A stretch of 24,605 nucleotides of DNA, the filler included, from Haliotis rufescens (taxonomy: Eukaryota), in the NCBI RefSeq assembly GCF_023055435.1. It is 2 parts of 2 records of this genome, joined end to end, with 100 filler letters (N's around TTAATTAATTAA, not from the genome) between each part and the next. Parts side by side here need not be neighbours in the genome. Positions count along the whole stretch, not along the records: positions 5,766 to 24,605 come from NW_025964361.1; 1 more part is not named here. One strand, given 5' to 3'. Below are positions 21,623 through 24,605 of the stretch, piece after piece. Position 1 is the stretch's first letter. The number at the start of each line of letters is the position of its first letter. The notes beneath the pieces are model-generated. The model did not search any database. It was not told the DNA's origin and worked only from the letters and a program-made list of their open reading frames with translations. Position numbers and translations under genes: made by a program.

Positions 21623-21917
21623 GAGGACGGGTGGCCCAGTCTAAGGCGCCGCGATTCGCTGTGCAGAGTTGCGTCCCTTGGGCACACCAGAAACCTATGA
21701 TTGGGGTTTCGAATCCCGGTTCGCCCCGATTATGTTTCTAGGTCTGTCAGCACCATACCCGTGCTCGTGGGTTTCACCGAAGTGGTAAACGTCTGAGACC
21801 TACATCACTTCGGGCTTTCCTCCCATATTAAGCTGACACGCCGTGATATAGCTTGAATACTGTCAAAAGCGGCGTTAAACCCAACTCACTCACTCACTCA
21901 CTCACTCACTCACTCAC
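21623..21917 (+). mobile_element. tRNA-Leu-like SINE with V-domain-like body in the WSC gene 3' UTR
   Basis: GGTGGCCCAGTCTAAGGCGCC...TTCGAATCCC head, GTGGGTTTC...TTTCCTCCCA body, shared tail and (ACTC)n. Confidence 0.85.
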
Positions 21918-22161
21918 CTCTTGTTCAAAAGTTGTTTGATCAGAGTTACAACAGCCAAGGTCTCAGTTACATTTGCAAAAAGGTTGACAATAACACATAC
22001 TACTTTGCAAATATCCTAATTTTTACGTGCAAATGCACTATGGCTTTGTAGATGTTGAAAACTTTGCAATGATGATGTAAAATATGTTTTCCTTTATCTG
22101 CTAGGCCCTGCAGTTTGGTGATACTATTCTGATTTTGTCACCCATAGTCAGTGTTTTTCAA

Positions 22162-22167
22162 AATAAA
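22162..22167 (+). promoter_or_regulatory. Candidate polyadenylation signal of the WSC gene
   Basis: First AATAAA after the stop; a second lies at 22284-22289. Confidence 0.45.
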
Positions 22168-22403
22168 CAGACTCATATTGTTGTCAAAGTTGTTATTTAT
22201 GTCATACATTGGTTCATCACTTACTGAATTGAATAGTTTTAATGTTTGTGTGAAAAACAGATTCTATGAAAACATACAATAATAATAAAAACAAAGTAGA
22301 TAGGGAAGCGTTTCCACAAGTTACATCCATCATGGGTATTATAAATCAAACAATATTACCATGGACAGAATTGGGAGTGTAGTATAGAGCTATCAATTCA
22401 ATT

Positions 22404-22477
22404 GACACCAGAAATAGGCTTCCACATTGTACCTATGTCGGGAATCGAACCCGGGTCTCCGGCGTGACGAGCAAACG
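22404..22477 (-). mobile_element. tRNA-Asp-derived SINE internal fragment
   Basis: Reverse complement of about 19783-19857. Confidence 0.8.
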
Positions 22478-22545
22478 TGGTGGTGTGAGAGAATAACTTC
22501 GTCATATAAATTACTTTAAATTATACCAAATTGTCCTCTGCCGCC

Positions 22546-22832
22546 TGAGTGAGTGAGTGAGTGAGTTGGGTTTAACGCCTCTTTTAACAGTATTCCAGTT
22601 ATATCAAGGCGTGTCAGCTTAATGTGGGAGCAAAACTCGAAGTGATGCAGGTCTTAGACGTTTACCACTTCGGTGAAACCCACTAGCACGGGTATGGTGC
22701 TGACAAACCTAGAAACATCATCGGGGCGAACCGGGATTCGAACCCATAATCATAAGTTTCTGGCGTGCCCAAGAGGCGCAACTCTGCACAGCGAATCGCG
22801 GCGCCTTAGACGACTGGGCCACCTGTGCTCCC
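22546..22832 (-). mobile_element. tRNA-Leu-like SINE, full length, inverted relative to the 21623 copy
   Basis: Colinear reverse complement of 21623-21917; intact B-box GGGTTCGAATCCC. Confidence 0.88.
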
Positions 22833-22844
22833 CCTCCCTCGATA

Positions 22845-23030
22845 TTCACCAGGGATATAACCATATCAATTGATTTAGCGACGTCAACTACAATCTCATC
22901 GGTTGACTCTTCAGCTTTTTCAGGGATACCTGTAATACTGACATTGGTTTGCTCGATAACTTGAGATATTACCTCCCTTAGGGTAGGTCTAATAGCCTCA
23001 CCTACAACCGTACCTATCATCCTCAGCATA
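22845..23030 (-). mobile_element. LINE ORF1-like remnant
   Basis: NVSITGIPEKAEESTDEIVVDVAK resembles the N..I.GIPE...E motif of L1/CR1/L2 ORF1 RRM regions. Confidence 0.55.
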
Positions 23031-23194
23031 TTGTTGTTTCAGGGCTACAAGTAGCTGGTTCATAAACTGTCCAGCATTGGGAATGTTAGACGCATCATTA
23101 TTGACCGGGTTACCAATAGCTGATACTGATGTGTCACAGTGGCTGTCACAAAACTCAGAGTCGGACCAGGTTACTGACCAGTCGGAGTTTAAGT

Positions 23195-23198
23195 AGAA

Positions 23199-23230
<32 letters not shown>

Positions 23231-23345
23231 ATTAGAAGGAAGTATTTTTATTTGAGTGTCACGCATCGTACAACATACAAATGCTATGTAGTTCGGGTAG
23301 ATATGTACAATGTCCGGCCAGTATGGCTTACGAGACTCTAAAGTC
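23195..23345 (-). mobile_element. LINE 3' UTR with (CTT)n tail, read as a (GAA)n microsatellite on the + strand
   Basis: Minus strand GTCTCGTAAG...GATGCGTGACACTCAAATAAAAATA then (CTT)n; same layout as 1073-1185. Confidence 0.55.
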
Positions 23346-23780
23346 AATAAAATGCGTAAACAAATTATAGAATCACTCTCACATAGTAATGACACCAGGT
23401 GTTCGCGAAAAGGTGAGCGTATACTACCCAAATGGTGGCACCGGCCACAAACCTAGGCGAAGGTGAGTCAATTGTTCGCCCGAAAAACACTGGAGCATAT
23501 ATGGTACAATTTCCATGTCAAATCGCAGGAGGTGTCCTCCACAACTTTTTGAAAGCTTTACTGAGGCCTTGGGTGTTGCACCCTCGATCAAACAACTTTT
23601 AAACAGAGGCCTTTAATTGGAACACTGGGTTTAATATTTTCTTCTGGTGGGGAATAAAAGCGGCTAGGGGTATTGGAACGTTTTTGAAGATAATAAAATT
23701 TTATTAAACTTATGTTGAATTATTGTGCTAATTGGAAATATAAACACTTTCAGCTCAATTATTCCAATGTACATTAATTG

Positions 23781-23874
23781 ACCGGGATTCGAAACCCCAA
23801 TCATAGGTTTCTGGTGTGCCCAAGGGACGCAACTCTGCACAGCGAATCGCGGCGCCTTAGACTGGGCCACCCGT
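23781..23874 (-). mobile_element. Head-only tRNA-Leu-like SINE copy
   Basis: 94/94 identical to 21627-21720 in reverse complement. Confidence 0.9.
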
Positions 23875-24284
23875 ACAGATATGCAGATACCAAAGGCTGG
23901 AGCTGCTGGAATATTGCTCGACCCAAAAGGAAAGTTGGAAAGTTGAAGTCATCCCTCGTGTCATCCAGGCTAGTGGATAGTTTTATTTTAGTCGTTCTGA
24001 ATCTTTATGCATAGATCTAAATATGATACAGATCAGGTGGTTTCATTAATCTCCTTTATATCTAGTTTAGGTGGGTAAATCAGTGGAAGGGAATTGGCTA
24101 TTTGGTCGTTATTCAACGATTTTAGATCACCGACATACCTAAAGCTAAGGGTGTAGAAAGTATACACTTTTTATACAACTTTGGGTGGTGCATACAAAGA
24201 GGCATAGTAAGTAACAATGTAGTTAATGGGATACATGTTGGTCATCATTCCATAAATTCCCTGAATAAAGTCAGGTTCAAAATA

Positions 24285-24605
24285 AACTAATGTCCAAAAG
24301 AAACGATACCACGTGTTTGAAAGGACATTACAAAAAAACTAAACGATACAGACTTTTCAAATTGGTATATGACTTGTGAGTAATGTTTTCACAGTATGTG
24401 TACAAAAATTCATTGTAATCAATCCTTTTCAATCATGATGAAGTTCTGGGTCAGCCTTGCCGTGTGAGGCCTCGCATTATCGTGCTGGAAAATGATACCA
24501 TTAGGCTGTTGTTGGATGAATGGCACCACAACTGGTTGTAAGATGTCATCACGATAACGCTGCGCATTCTGGTTTCCTCGAATAACGACTAGTCTCATTT
24601 TGACG
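24285..24605 (-). mobile_element. Tc1-like DNA transposon remnant (runs off the window)
   Basis: Minus strand LVVIRGNQNAQRYRDDILQPVVVPF...IFQHDNARPHTAR (second catalytic Asp region), truncated afterwards. TIR-like TGTCCAAAAGAAACG near 24291. Confidence 0.85.

Noticed and set aside
23127-23156. CTGATG..stem..AAAAC hammerhead-like string
   Set aside because: Both core boxes are mismatched and no stems I or III were found.
23129-23431. Arg-rich and Ser-rich ORFs
   Set aside because: They are translations of the (GAA)n microsatellite.

Overview
AT-rich, repeat-dense eukaryotic genomic DNA, not prokaryotic. The repeat landscape looks molluscan, probably a gastropod such as abalone (inference from SINE/LINE types, not verified). 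Two spliced + strand genes can be built by hand. (1) A 3-exon, 154-aa calmodulin-like protein with four EF-hands (7169-7315, 9154-9248, 12710-12932). (2) A 4-exon, probably secreted PAN/apple + EGF-like + WSC protein (~15807-16061, 19084-19180, 21163-21299, 21431-21577) whose N-terminus is unresolved. The rest is decayed LINEs (CR1/L2/Daphne-like), a Penelope GIY-YIG remnant, Tc1 and pogo-like DNA transposon pieces, at least four short retroposon families, tandem repeats and one 100-bp assembly gap. Most notable: a 10-copy 47/48-bp array amplifying an exon end with its splice donor; a tRNA-less retroposon whose head folds in an HDV-ribozyme-like order; a tRNA-Leu SINE head with intron-sized extra spacing; and an inverted, order-permuted local copy of the WSC gene 3' UTR/SINE junction. 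Most ORFs in the supplied track are spurious or TE-derived.
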